Positions 38,931-52,514 of a DNA stretch of 64,000 nucleotides are shown here, piece after piece. The first letter of the stretch is position 1. Every line of letters starts with the position of its first letter. The position numbers were made by a program, and so were the translations under genes. A model generated the notes under the pieces. That model was not told where the DNA came from and did no database searches. It saw only the letters and a list, made by a program, of their open reading frames with translations. This stretch comes from Chiloscyllium plagiosum (lineage: Eukaryota), in NCBI RefSeq assembly GCF_004010195.1, contig NC_057720.1, positions 34,512,229 through 34,576,228 of the forward strand, written 5' to 3'.

Positions 38931-40348
38931 AACATTTTAACTTGCTCCACTTGCTGCATTTTCTAATGACAAAGCCAGTTGTAGTACCTGTTTGAAGTCC
39001 AGTTGGGCTTCAGCTAATAGGTGCTTTTGTATGATTACATTATTAATCTCACATACCATATGGTCTCTCAGCATCTCATTCCGGGTTAATCCAAGATCAT
39101 ATGCCTCTGCCAGTTATCTCAACCTCATCAAAATCCCAATATGGACTCCTCTGATTCTTGAACAGCCGACTAAAACTGATAGCATCTCAGATTGAGAGGA
39201 GCTTTGAGATCGTAATATTCTTGAAGGAAATCCATTAACTCTTGAAGGTTTTAGTGTCTAGTGTCTCGGGGAAAGTTAATCCCCAAATAAACAAAAATAC
39301 TGCAGATCTGCAAGCAGTCAGAAGGATTACTCATTGGGGCAGATGAAAAGCAATGTCATTAGCCCATAAAACAATTGCATCCTTTCCACACATTGAGCTC
39401 ATTCTTTGACGGCAGGATTGAATGAGTCAAGCTTCCCAAATGAAGATATTATGTCAGAAATGCTTACCCCATCTCCAAGATGACTGCTGAGAGCAGATGT
39501 TTTTCAGGCATGTACTGTTTTCTCCTGTTGCAACTGATATAATTGTTCAGAGGCCAGTAGTCCATCACCAAGTCACCCTTTACTAACATGTGCACAGTAC
39601 ACGGCTGTGGCCAGCCAGCTCAGAGTCAGTCCCTGAACTGAGGAGATTTTGAATCCCCTGTTTGTGTTTGTTTATTTATTTATTTCTGTGGTCTTTTGAA
39701 GCATTTAATCCATATTCTGCAGTCTTCCCAGTGACTCATTCCTCTTTGCATCCTGAACCCAAGAATATGGAGCAAGAAGCTTAAAAAGTAAAATAACTGC
39801 ACAAAGGCCGGTATCCCATCATCCTTTATTTACTAGTGCACAGTACACGGGTGTGGCCAGGCAGCTTGGAGTCAGTCCCCTGAACTGAGGAAATCTCCTG
39901 CTTATTTTTTTTACAGCAGTAGTGCTTATTTCTCCCCAGCAACCATGTCGTGTGCGTGTTGGTGTAGGACACAGCGAAGCAACAATGAGTGCAGAGAACT
40001 TTATTCATATTCCTCTGTTTATATACTTTTTTTTCTGAGGAGGTTCTACTCTCCTAGTTATATTCCTATTTTTTCTTTTTTTTCTAATCTCCTAGTTATA
40101 TATTTTTCTTTTTTAAAAAGGTTTTTGTATAAACCCCCACACTACCAAACAGCAGTAATACCCAATTTCCCAGCAGCCATGTCGTGTGTGTACAGGTGTA
40201 GGACACAGTGAAAAACCAATGGGTGCAGCGAACTGTATTCATATTCCCCTATTTATATTGGTCAGTCAGGGCTTCCTGATTGGGTTGTTACCTTGGGCCA
40301 ATCAAGGATCTCATAGCCAACAATATTGACCTGGTTCCAATCACTACA

Positions 40349-41850
40349 GGATGTGAGGAAATTTGTTTCAGCCAGAGAGTGGTGGGAATCACATTTGTGG
40401 TGGCAAGGAGACAAGGCCAAGTGCTGGAAAATGCGATTAGAATTCTTAGATGTTTTCTTCTGATTAGGGCAGTCATGATGGGCGAAAGGGCCTTTTTCTG
40501 TGCTGAAGACCTCTATGGGGCTTTATGCTTTAGTGCTACAGCACATTTGCAGGATAGCATTGAAAGGATGCTGATTCGTTGGAAATAGTTCAAAAACGTT
40601 TTATTATCTAATACCTAGAATTAGCAGTTTACCATATGAGGAAAGCCTCGTAAACTAGGCTCTATTCTCTGGAGTTTAGAAGAATCAGAGTTGACTTAAT
40701 TGAAGCATAAAGTCCTGAGGGGATTTGACCAGGTGGATGTGGAAAGGATATTTCTTCTTGTGGGAGAATCCTGAACTAGGGGTCATAGTTTAAAAATAAA
40801 GGGTCACCATTTATGACAGAGATGAGAATTTTTCTTTTTTCCGGAGTTGTGAATCTTAGGAATTTCCTTCCTAAGAGACAAAAGGCTTGTCTTATAAGGA
40901 GAGAATGAATAGTTTAGATCTATACTGCTCGAGTTTCCAAGGATGAGAGAGGAGATGTAATTCATGTGTGTAAGATGCTAAAATGGATTGAAAAAATAAA
41001 TGAAGAGTGGATGTTTCTCCTTGTGGGGCAATCTAGAATGAGAGATCAGAGATTTAGGCTAACAAGTGGCAGATTTAAAACAAGGACGAGGAAAAACTCC
41101 TTGTTGCCGAAGGGCCTGTTTCCACACTGTAAGTAATCTAATCTAATCTAATCTAGAATGAGAGATCAGAGATTTAGGCTAACAAGTGGCAGATTTAAAA
41201 CAAGGACGAGGAAAAACTCCTTGTTTGAAAGCGTCATGAACCTGTAGAATTCACGACCCCAGAGTGTGGTGGATGGCGGAACATTGAATGCATGTAAGGA
41301 GATAATGGTTATGGGGGTCATGCAGAAATGTGGACTTGAGGCTGTATGATTGTACAGGAGACCAGGCTTGAGGGGCTGAATTACTCATCCTGTTCTGAGT
41401 TCTAATATTCTTTAAAGGTAGTGGATGTAGAATCTTTATGCATTTTTAAGCAAAAGATTGATAGCTTCTTAAAAGAACTGTGGATGTTGTGAATCAGAAA
41501 CAAAAACAGAAGTTGCTGGGTAAGCTAAGCAGATCTGGCAGCATCTGTGAAGAGAAATCAGAGTTAAAATTTTGGGTCTGGTGGCCCTTCCTTTATTCTG
41601 AGGAAGGGTCACCGGATGCGAAATGTTAACTCTGATTTCTCTTCACAGTTGCTGCCAGATCTGCTGAACGTTTCCAGCAACATCTGTATTTGTTGTAGAT
41701 AGCTTCTTGATTACCAAAGGGATAAAAGATTATCACGGGTGTGCAGGAGCATAGAGTTAAGAATTAAGTTAGATGGTCCATGACATTATTGAATGGTGGA
41801 GCAGGCTCACAGGGCAAAGTGGCTGATGCTTGCTCCTTGTGCAATTTTTC
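40349..41850 (+). mobile_element. Cluster of old CR1 3' fragments
   Basis: ggagtttagaagaat..gacttaattgaagcata; FSQRVV; several tails. Confidence 0.75.
41473..41697. mobile_element. Palindromic PLE terminal-repeat insert (CTGAGGA subfamily)
   Basis: Inverted arms about 41500-41591 and 41600-41693; TSD GATAGCTTCTT(A/G)A. Confidence 0.8.
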
Positions 41851-42356
41851 TTTTGATCTGATATATTTAGTGTCACTTGTATTTTGTTATAAAATACACA
41901 AAGAAGTGTTGTATAGTGTTACTGCTGTCCAGCACCTGGTCAAAACAGTAAAATATGCATGTGTTTATATTTGTCATTATTGTTAGTGTTTTGTGTATCT
42001 GTATTCCCAGATGCCTCAGTTCTGCTACTTTACTTAGGTATGTAGTTTCAAAATATGGACTCTTCATTCTTTCCATCAAATATACAACCTCACATCAACA
42101 CTAATTTCCTGATTACACACCAATTCTACAAGTTATTATTCCTTCCCATATTTTCACAGACCTCTGAATTCGATACATCAACCAATTTAATATACTCTCC
42201 AGAATCTGAAGCTATACTTCTGGTTCTTAAGTCCAAATCAATTACCTAAAGTGTGAACACCGTTGTGTCTGCCCTCACAAAGTTCCCTGTGTAAGGAGCA
42301 GTCAGCAGTTGATATATAGCAAGAAGATAGATGCTTCAGGATGGTGTCTCAAGGTA

Positions 42357-42905
42357 ATCATAGAATCCCTATATATTCAGCCCAAAGAGCTAACCCTCTG
42401 AAAAATATTTCACCCAGACCCACACTTATCCCTGTAGCACAACATTCACCATGGCTAATCCATCTAACCTGCATATCCCTCGACACTATGGACAATTGTG
42501 CATGGCTCTAGTGATTATAACAAGGTCAGCCAGGTGTATCTCATAGAATATGAGTTTCCTGATTGGGACTGTTAATCTGGTCCAATTAGGGAGCTCTATC
42601 TGACAGACATGAACAGGAGTGTGAGGTTCTCTTTACTCTGAGAACTAGCTCTGAGAGACTGGATCAGTGTCAAGGTAAATAAAAGCTGACTTGCTGATGG
42701 GATACCGGCCTCTGTGGAGTTATTTCAATGGTCAAACCACCTAATCGGCACATCTTTGGACTGTGGGAGGAAACCAGAACACCCAAAGGAAACCTACGCA
42801 GACACAGGGAGAACATGCAAACTCCATACAGACAGCCACCTGAGGCTGGAATCGAACCAACGTCTCTTGCACTGTGAATCAGCAATGTCAACCATTGAGC
42901 CATTA
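42357..42905 (-). mobile_element. HE1-type SINE split by a solo LTR
   Basis: SINE halves 42357-42506 and 42728-42905. Confidence 0.8.
42507..42727 (+). mobile_element. Short solo LTR related to the Gypsy LTR at 39535-40348
   Basis: T(C)TAGTGATT...TTATTTCA termini, AATAAA, 5-bp TSD ATGGC/ATGGT. Confidence 0.75.
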
Positions 42906-43189
42906 TGATGCCCCATTATGCTATATCTGCCCCTCCTAGTAGGATCAAAAGGATTTCCAAAGAGGTAGATGAGGAAAGAAATAGGAGAAAGTGAGGACTG
43001 CAGATGAGGACAGAGAAATTGAGATGCTGCTAGTGATGGTAGTGTCATATTCTGCAGATGCAGGGAAATCATACAGGTAAGACATCAACATCGTACTATC
43101 AGACTTGCTCTTAACTATGATCTGGCACTTGAAAAAAAAGCAAAGATTAAAATTTGGAAAACACAGACACTGCATGACCAGTAAAAGTG

Positions 43190-44529
43190 AGCATTTGGAA
43201 AGCCAATGTTGTCTATATTGATTTCAGTAAAACATTGAACAAGATCCCTCACTAAATCCAGAAGATCAAGTCACATAGAATCCATTATTGATTGCTAATT
43301 TGGATACAAAATCCAACTTTGTAATAGAAGACAGAGGGTAATTATGGAGAAGTGTTTTTCAAAGTGGGGTTCTGTAACCAGTAGTATTCCACAATGATCA
43401 GTGTTGGGACCTCAGTTGTTTGTAATGTATACAAATAATTGAGAAAAAAATGTAGATAAGTAAGTTTACAGATGATATGAAAGTTGGTGGAGTTACAGTC
43501 AGGAAAGTTGTCAAAAGATATAGATCAATTGACAAGTTGGGCAGAGAAATGGCAGATGGAGTTTACTCCAGACAAGTAAAGGGTGATCCGTTTTGGGAGT
43601 TCAAAAGCAAGAGGGAAACATATAGTAAATGGCAGGACCCATAGGAGCATTGAATTAAAGAGGGATCTTCAAGTCCAAGTCCATAGCTCCCTGAAAGTGG
43701 CAACACAAGTGAATAAAATGATATAGAATGCATACCTTCATAGGGCAGAGCACTAAGTATGAAAGTTGGCAAGTCATGTTGCATCTGTATAAGGCTTTAG
43801 TTAGACCACATTTAGAGTATTGTGAGTAGTCCTGATCACCACAACAGAGGAATGATGTGGAGTCTTTATAGATGGTCTAAAAGAGGTCTACCAGTATGTT
43901 GTCTTGATTGGAGTGTATTAGCTATAAGGAGAGTCAAAGAGGGTGAGAGAGTCATACAGCACAGAAACAGACACTTTGATCCAACTCATCTGCATCAACC
44001 ATGCATCCCAAAATGACCTCGTCCCATTTGCCAGCATTTGGCCCATATCCCTGTAAACACTTTCTATTCATGTACCCATCCTAATGCTTTTCAACTATTG
44101 TAACTGTACCTGCCTACATCACTTCATCTGGCAGCTCGTTCCATACATGCATCACCATATGCATGAAAAAGTTACCTCTCAGGTCCTTTTTAAATCATTC
44201 TGGTCTCATCTTAAGCCCATGCCGGCTAGTTTTGGACACCCCATCCAAGGCAATAATACCTGATTTTCCACCCCATCCATGACCCTCATGATTTCATAAA
44301 CCTCAATAAGGTCACCCTTCAGCCTCTGACACTCCGGGGAAAACAGTCTCAGCATATCCAGCCTCTCCATATAGCTCACGTTCTCCAATCCTGGTAACAC
44401 CCTAGTCAATCTCTTCTGCACCCTCTCAAACTTAACAACATCCTTCCGATAGAAGGGTGACCAGGATTGTACATATTCCATTAAGATTGGACAAACTTGG
44501 AAATGTTTTCATTTACAGTGCTGAAGCCT

Positions 44530-44561
<32 letters not shown>

Positions 44562-44935
44562 GATCTGATAGAAGTATATAAAATTATGAGAGGCATAGAT
44601 AGGGTGTTTAGTCAGAATCTTTTCCCAAGATATAGATGTTAAATACTAGGAGGCATAGCTTTAAGGTGAGAGGGAAAAGTTTAAAGGAATTGTGTGAGGG
44701 AAGTCTTTTACACAGAGGGTAGTAGGCACCTGGAACACACTGCCAGAGGAGTTGGTAGAAGAAGATACATTAGCAAAAGTTCAAGAAGCATTTATTCAGA
44801 TATCTGAGCAGGCAAGGAATAGAGGGATATGGGCCACGTGCAGTCAGATGGAATTAGTTTCAAATGGCATCACAGTTAGTGCAGACATGGTGGGCCAAGG
44901 GGCTGGTTCCTGTACTGTATTGTTCTATGTTCTTT
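43190..44935 (+). mobile_element. Old CR1 RT/3' end with a minus-strand CR1 nested at about 43945-44480
   Basis: Degenerate RT motifs; nested LENVSYMERL..RLKGDLIEVYEIM on minus. Confidence 0.8.
44530..44560 (+). repeat. Poly-G run (31 nt)
   Basis: Read directly; replaces the usual short G run before tgatctgatagaag of CR1. Confidence 0.9.
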
Positions 44936-45400
44936 CTATCATTGCCTGATTTAACTCTTGGGTGAGAAGGTCAATTAAGTTTCACCTTCCTGCCCTTCTT
45001 GTGGCAAATTGAGATCCTTATATTGACAAGTAATTTCTGCTTAAAGGTGTAATTCTGCCAGGGCTACAGTTATTTCAGCCCCAGGTGGAATTGACTTACC
45101 CAGCTAGGTAACCAGTACAGACAGGCTGCCAGTCTGTTGTTCTTGGAGTGGGTCACTGAGCTTGTAGGGGATGTAGGGGCTGGTCCCTTGATCTGCAATC
45201 ATTTAAATGATCGAGGGACTGCAGATAGGGCAGGCAGGTAGTCACTGATCGTGATTGCTGTCTTTGTTTCTAAGTCCCCTGCATCCCCCCTCCACATCTT
45301 TCCCCACACAGAAGACAAACCCATTTAGCTTTTTCCTGGCAATCCTTCATTGTGGAAATCTTGGTGACCCAGCATTAGTCATGGCTCTGTTGTGGCATTG

Positions 45401-45495
45401 TCGAGAGTGTGGTGCTGGAAAAGCACAGCAGGTCAGGCAACATCAGAGGAGCAGGAGAATCAACATTTTGGGCATAAACCTTTCATCACTTTCTA
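45401..45495 (-). mobile_element. Short PLE terminal-repeat insert
   Basis: TSD CTCTGTTGTGGCA(T/C)TG; decayed hammerhead. Confidence 0.8.
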
Positions 45496-45804
45496 CTCTG
45501 TTGTGGCACTGCTCAGTTCTGGTGCTGATGGCCTCTGATTGGTTAGTCAATTGTGGGTGGTGGGGAATGTCTTGTTCTGGGTCCTAATTCCAGCAGAAAA
45601 TTCCATACTGCCTGTCCACCTAAAGATCCAATGGGCTTTCTCACCTTTCCTGCTTATGGAATAGCCCAAAAATGGGAAGATCCTAGCCATAATCATCTGA
45701 CAGATATTTTAGTTGATCATCTGCATAATTATTTGCAATTCAAGATTCAGAATTGAAAACAAAAGTGCAAAAGTGGGGAATTGTGCACAGGTAAAAATTA
45801 ATGG

Positions 45805-46088
45805 AGTGGCAATACTTAATGAGTGGTTAGCACTGCTGCCTCACAGTGTCAGAGAACTGGGTTCAATTCCCGCCTCAGGCAACACATTCTTCCCTTGTCT
45901 GCATGGGTTTGCTCCGGTTTCCTCCCACAATCCAAAAATATGCAGGTTAGGTGAATTGGCTATGCTAAATTGCCCGTAGTGTTAGGTGAAGGGGTAAATG
46001 TAGGGGAATGGGTCTGGGTGGGTTGCGGGTCAGTGTGGACTTGTTGGGCTGAAGGGCCTGTTTCCATACTGTAAGTAATCTAATCTAA
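45805..46088 (+). mobile_element. HE1-type SINE with internal deletion
   Basis: B-box GGGTTCAATTCCC; tail gtaatctaatctaa. Confidence 0.88.
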
Positions 46089-46599
46089 TGGGATCTGGCA
46101 GAATAAAGGCAAAAAATTGCTTTTGTAACATAAGGGTTTATGATTTTTTCTTTTTGGACAATAATTGGAATGGAAGTTGGACACTGATATAAAACTGAAA
46201 CACCTGAGGAGTTTTGCAGCTTGAAAACATTAAGTGAAATTGTGTGATATGTTTGCAGCTGTATAAAAACATTGCTGTTTATGGAGCAGTGAGATAACAA
46301 CATCATTGAGCCAGAGTGGCACTAGCAGTTTTTGAGTTCAGGACAAACTATCTTATGACAGCCTTGTGACTGACAGGCTGAAGTTTTCTATAAACCTGTG
46401 GGAGTAGTCAGCCAGAAACATCTAGTTGGGGAAATAGACAGCATCTGTTTCCCTATTTCTCTCTGTGTGAGTGAAATGGCAAAAAAACCAACCAGCTTAA
46501 AAGAAATAATTCTAATGCAGAAAAAGGATGAGATACATCCAATACAAATCAACAAAAGACCTTTCCTCTACAGGCAACTCTATATACTCTATACATAAA

Positions 46600-46815
46600 G
46601 GATGGTAGATGTTTGGACTACTCTTCTACAAAAGACAGTGGATTCAGGATACATTGTTAATTTTAAGTCAGAGATAGATAATTTTTTCTTAAGCAAAGAT
46701 ATTAAAGGATATGGGCCAAAGCCAGGTATATGATGTTAGTCCACAGATCAGCGATGATCTCATTAACTGGTGGAACAGATTTGAAGGCTGAATGATCTAC
46801 TTCTACTCCTATGAT
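46600..46815 (+). mobile_element. Old CR1 3' end
   Basis: gagatagataattttttcttaagcaaagatattaaaggatatggg..gatcagcgatgatctcatt. Confidence 0.65.
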
Positions 46816-47699
46816 CCGAATTTCATATATCCTAATAGCTTGTCATTTTTACTAAAATCAAAATGACTAAGAGAAATAACTCTCTACCTTGTGGACAGGA
46901 TTTTTGATATTCAGAATTTTGTTTTCCCAGCCTTTACTTTTCCACCTGTAGTATCTATGTCAAATTATCTTATTCAGGAATGAGTGTTCATGAATGTATT
47001 TGAAGGTTTTGGATGGGTATAATTTAAGTCACATAGTAACGGATTTGTGATCTTTTCTGTGCCATTTGTTGAAGAATAAGAGTGTTTACAATTTACAGAG
47101 GTTTTTTTTTCCCTGTTAATGATGAAATCTGGTGCAAATTGGTATTGACCTGAATCACCATTACTCAGACAAATTGTTCATCTGGAGAGTTGAACTGGGC
47201 CTTAAAGTAAAAGTTGAATAGATTGGTAAAAATGACTGATCAGAAATTTAATTGTGTTATGCTGTTTCATTTCTCTTCCTATTTAGCGGTTCATTGTCAC
47301 ATAAACTTGGTTTCTCATATCAAAACTAAAACAATCATTGATATAGCCATTTGAACATTGGCAGCAACTTTTGAGAGTTCCAACCTGACAGAAATGGACA
47401 GAAAGTAGCTCTGCAATACTTGGCAGTAACATGTCTTTCTGTTCCTATTCTCTAAGGCAGGAGGCACCAGAGGGTCCCCGGGAGTCACACAGCAGATTAA
47501 GATTTCATGGTGTAATTAGAATTCCACTTACTGTTTACATTAGTACTTGGTGATACGACTCCTACAAAGCTCTATCTGATATCAATTGGATGTTACTTGA
47601 AGCGGAGCCCTCAGGCTTATGTTTTCATTTACTAACATAAAAAGGAGTGGCCCTTGAGGCACCGCAGAACCAGACAGAGCCTTTGTTGCTGGTGAGCCA

Positions 47700-48750
47700 T
47701 TGATAAAGATCTCCTCAGAAAATTATCTAGCAAAATTTGAGTACCTGGAACAGGGGATGACATAATGGTATGGATTGAGAATTGGAAAGTGGAGCAAAAT
47801 CTGGGAGTTGAAATAAATAGATGATTCTCAAATTGGCAGGCTGTGCTGAGGAAGATACCACAAAGTTCAGTACTTGGGCCCCTGTTTTTCACAATCTATC
47901 AAAGATTTGGAATGTGGGGACCAAACATAATATTCCTAATTTCATGGATGCCTCAAAACTAGTTGGGAATGTGTTGTGAGACGTAAAACAGTTTCAAGAG
48001 GATTTGGACAGGCTTAATAATTTGGAAAAATGGAAGGCTTACCACTTTGGCCAGAGGAACAGACATGCAGTATATTTCTTAAATGGTAGGAGATTGCAAA
48101 ATGCAGATGTATGGGTGTCCTTTTTTATAAGTGATTGAAGGCTAACATGCAGATGCAGAAAGTAATTAGGAAGGCTAATGGTATGATAGCCTTACTGCAA
48201 GAGGATTTCAGTACAGGAGTAGCAAATATTGTTTCAATTGTGGAAAAACCTGATTAGACCATAGGTGGAATATTGTACAGTTTTGGTCCCCTCATCTTTG
48301 GAAGGGTATTATTGTCATGGAGGGATTAATCAGACTTGGTCTTGGGATGCTGGGACTACCCTGTGAAGATAAATTGTGGGAAATGGGCCTGTATCCACCA
48401 GTTTTGAAGAATGAAAGGTCATCATAAAATACACATAAGGATAGAGGTTTCCCTTGTTTGAGGAGTCTAAAACCCATGACATTTTTTAAAGTAAGGGGAA
48501 AACTTCTTAGTATTGAAACAAAAAATAACTTTTTTATTCCTCAGAAAATTGTAGATCTTTGGAATTCTTTACCCCAGAGAGCTGTGAAAACTCAGCCATT
48601 GAGTATATTTTAAGTCGAAACTGAGATTTCTAAATACAAAGAACATATCTAGTGTAAGTGTGAGGAAGAGGCACTGAAGGGGGTGATTAGCCATGTTGAT
48701 ATTGAATGGTGGAGAAGGTTCCATGGGCTGAATAACATACTCCTGCTACT
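47700..48750 (+). mobile_element. Degenerate CR1 RT to 3' end
   Basis: IPQSSVLGPLFFTI-like and LIRP..EYC..FWSP-like motifs. Confidence 0.75.
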
Positions 48751-49405
48751 GTGTCCCTCTGCATAGACCGTGTTCTCTCACTACCTGGACTATTTCCCAC
48801 AACACACCACTCCATACTCGCCAAGCCTTTATCGTTACCAACTCTGCTTGACCATATTTCTGGAGCCTTGTTGTTTTGCCTTGTCAAACAATCTTTCTTA
48901 CTCATTCTCAATACTTTCATGCCATGTACATTAAAATTTCACAGAAAGTCTAAAATGAACACAAATCTTTTTAATGCCCTTAGGATTATTACACATTGGT
49001 TGCACAGCAGTGTCCAGCAGATTAATGTTCTTGGAGATCCAGGACAATCTGGGAGAATTAGTGACCCAACCCATTGCCAGTAGATTGCCTAAGATATTCC
49101 ATCTTTAGGGGTGTGACATTGGTTGTCCATCCAAACGTGAAAAATTACCCTTGTCCTGTCTCAGTTTCCATGGACAGCTGGGAGATTCCCCTGTCAAATT
49201 AATTGGAATTTGCTAATATTTAATTAGCTCTTGGTCAGATTTTATCAGTTCTCTTGATAATCTTGTAGAGTTAGGTTGCAGATGAAATATGACCTAACTG
49301 AATAGCAAAAGAGGCTCATGTTCTATTCCTGTTGCTATGTTCCTACCTATACCTCACCTGAATAAAAGTTGTTGACCTTTGCTGGAAGAGATCTGATGAG
49401 AGTTT

Positions 49406-49709
49406 GGGCGGCATGGTGGCTCAGTGGTTAGCACTGCTGCCTCACAGCACCAGGGACCCAAGTCCGATTCCAACCTCGGGTAACTGTCTGTGTGGAGTTT
49501 GCACATTCTTCCCGTGTCTGCATGGGTTTCCTCCGGTGCTCCGGTTTCCTCCCACATTCCAAAGATGTGCAGGTCAGGTGAACTGGCCATGCTAAATTGC
49601 CCATAGTGTTAGGTGCATTAGTCTGGGTGGGTTACTCTTCAGAGTATCGGTGTGCACTGGTTGGGCTGAAGGGCCTGTTTCCACACTGTAGGGAATCTAA
49701 TCTAATCTA
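49406..49709 (+). mobile_element. HE1-type SINE
   Basis: Complete head, V-domain and tail. Confidence 0.92.
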
Positions 49710-51049
49710 AACTCTACCACAATTCCCTGGTAAGTTTATATCACCATTTGCTATTCTTTAATATACTTATATATGGTCTTAAATTGGTGGATTGCTTACA
49801 AATCCTAATAGCCTTCCTGATTGCATCATTGCTGAATAGTGATCATTTTATATGAAACAAGAGTCTTGTTTACAGCTAAATGTACTTGGCAGATTTATGG
49901 CAAGGCATTTTGTTAACATACTGAAAATATTAAACACCATTACCAATATTTTTAATTTACATATATGGCACACATAAATAGAAACCAGTTATATATAATG
50001 CTTAATAATTATTTTGTTATGTTTTGCAAATCTCCAATTCCTATGTTTAGTTATATGTGGACATTGTAGGCAAAAGATTTATACATCAGGAGTATGATTT
50101 AAGAACAAAGAAGCAGGAGCACTGACAGCTAAATAGGAGAACTCTGCAGCTTTTATTAAAGATCCAGCAATTTTTATTACAGCATCCAGCAGAGTTCCAT
50201 GGACTCAAATATAAGTCATGAGAAGTTGTTATATTCTTTTATGAAGTCACTAATTTAGAACAGACTTACTGCTCTCATCCTGCTAAGGCCAGAACACTGG
50301 AAAGGTTCAGATTGTTTAGAGATAGACAGTTACAACATTGTTGACTCATTGGAAAAATCAACCTGGTGATTATTTAACATTGAAACACAATGAAAAATAA
50401 GATGCCCATCAAGCATGTAATAAATGAATGAGACTTGGCAGACCCAATTTCATTCTCCTTAATTGAGGCTGAAAAATTTTACTGTGCACTATTCTAAGTT
50501 CATCTTTCCTGTCAGACCTTCCTTGTTCTTTATTCTCTGTTGCATTTCTTCAATAAATAGAAGCCCAAGGGGAAACAAAAATAAATATTGACTAGTTTTC
50601 AGAAACTAATATAAACCATTGCTCCACTTGTTACAATAGTGACAGAGAATGTACAATAATACATTTTACCTTCAGGCAGTAAAATATCCTCAGTCAATTT
50701 TTCAACTGACTCATTAATTGCTTATGACCTAAACTCATTATTTTGTTAAAATTCAAAGGCAAACAGTATGTGAGTGCTCATGATATGTGCGCTTTATCAT
50801 TCAATGTCTATGAAATACATGCCACAACACAGTAATGGGTAGCGTTTTAAAACATGCCTTCAAAACATGACAACCATTCCACAATTGATAACTGTAGCTG
50901 TCAGCAACATTTGGAATTCTGAAGAAATTCTCAGACTCGATTGTGCAACAAATTTCAAAGGTGATTCCTCCTCCCCCAGCAGCTCTTCAAACAAGGAAAG
51001 TTCTGTAGAATATCAAGGTGTGCTAGTGGCTGTGGGTGTCCAGACAACG

Positions 51050-51160
51050 ACTTGGTGAAGGAGCGGTGCTCAGAAAGCTAGTGCTTCTAAATAAACCTGG
51101 TGTTGTGTGATTTTCAACTTTGTCCACTCCAGTGCAACACTGGCACCTCCAAGTCATATC
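51050..51160 (+). mobile_element. PLE terminal repeat (family of 2926-5505)
   Basis: gaaggagcggtgctcagaaagctagtgctt..aacctggtgttgtgtgattt. Confidence 0.75.
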
Positions 51161-51772
51161 TGCAATGCAAGGTATAAACTGTAACTGGAATGAAGCTGAC
51201 AACGAAGGAGAACTTATTAAATGGGATAATTGAAGCAATAATTTAAGTATGCAGTGTAGTAATAGCTATGAGTATTGCCTACTTATAATATGGTTTGTGA
51301 TGTGTCGCAGAGGTTGAGTGAACATTTGAGTGTGCTGCTGATACTCATTTTACTGTTCAATCAGTTGTTGAAACTCTAATCTAACATAGCTTGCTCCCTG
51401 ATTTAAATTGCTAAGAGACGTTAGACTAAATAGATTTTAATGAGTCACCAGATATTTCATTTCCTCATTTCTGGTACTTTTTAAAAACCTGTTTGTCTAC
51501 TCACATTTATGTATAACAAAATTGTAAATCTAAAAATAAGAAATAGATGTCCTCAAGTGCCTGATTAACTCATACAAGTTCAATGTAACCGCAGTCATCA
51601 TGCTGTCACTGTATTTGATTGGTTGGCACATTAGCAAGTGTTAACTGCATTATTCAACATCTTTGATCTTACAAAGTTCCATGTGATATATTTATTGGAA
51701 TTGTTTGCTAAAGTTACCATGAAGGACTCTCCTTCTCAACCTCTCCCCTCACCCTTGATGTGGTGAACTTAG

Positions 51773-52493
51773 AGGAGAAAGTGAGGACTGCAGATGCTGG
51801 AGATCAGAGCTGAAAATGTGTTGCTGGAAAAGCGCAGTCAGGCGGTGGAGGGCATCGTCGACCACGTCTTGGGGGAAATTGCGGTCTTTGAGAAGGAGGC
51901 AATCTGGGTTGTATGGAATTGGAACTGGTCCTCCTGGGAGCAGATGTGGCGGAGACGAAGGAATTGGGAATATGGGATGGCGTTTTTACAGAGGGCAGGG
52001 TGGGAGGAGGTGTAGTCTAGGTAGCTGTGGGAGTCGGTTGGTTTATAGTAAATGTCCATGTTGATTCGGTCGCCCGAGATAGAAATGGAAAGGTCTAGGA
52101 AGGGGAGGGAGGAGTCTGAGATGGTCCAGGTGAATTTGAGGTCGGGGTGGAAGGTGTTGGTAAAGTGGATGAGCATGAGGCAGCGCCGATACAGTCATCG
52201 ATGTAGCGGAGGAAAAGGTGGGGGGTGGCAGTGTCGCTGTGGTGGAAGGAGGTCAAGGTGAGGGTGATAGGCCGGAGTGGGGTGGGGGCGGAGAGGTCAG
52301 GAAGAGGAAGGGATCGCATTTCCTATCACATTTCCAATGCCCCTCCCCCAAGTCCCTTCTCCCTACCTTTTATCTTAGCCTGCTGGACACACTTTCCTCA
52401 TTCCTGAAGAAGGGCTTATGCCCAAAACGTCGATTCTCCCGTTCCTTGGATGCTGCCTGACCTGCTGCGCTTTTCCAGCAACACATTTTCGGC
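51773..52493. mobile_element. Rearranged PLE insert: terminal repeats flanking an inverted RT fragment
   Basis: Minus-strand LFLRYIDDCIGAA and FHPDLKFTWTIS..LPFLD..YYKPTDSHSYL..SSHP..IPYSQFLRL; TSD TGTGGTGAACTTAG. Confidence 0.9.
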
Positions 52494-52514
52494 TGTGGTG
52501 AACTTAGGTTAAAC

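Larger units (their letters stand above)
30970..40348 (-). mobile_element. Gypsy LTR retrotransposon relic, heavily interrupted (5' LTR 39535-40348, gag, PR, RT, RNase H, IN)
   Basis: Reading minus: LTR TGTAGTGA..TATATCA; gag KLDSFNP; protease IDTGTEVSVI (about 38190-38220); RT IVKPKGSVHLCGDFK; ELRSFLGLVNY; RNase H VTDHKPL..RIQRW..NADALS; integrase LHQGHSG, RTTPHATTEIAPAELLMGRRL. Confidence 0.85.

Noticed and set aside
50971..51018. Possible small exon (SSSNKESSVEYQ)
   Set aside because: Weak donor and no similarity to the intersectin linker that I can recognise.
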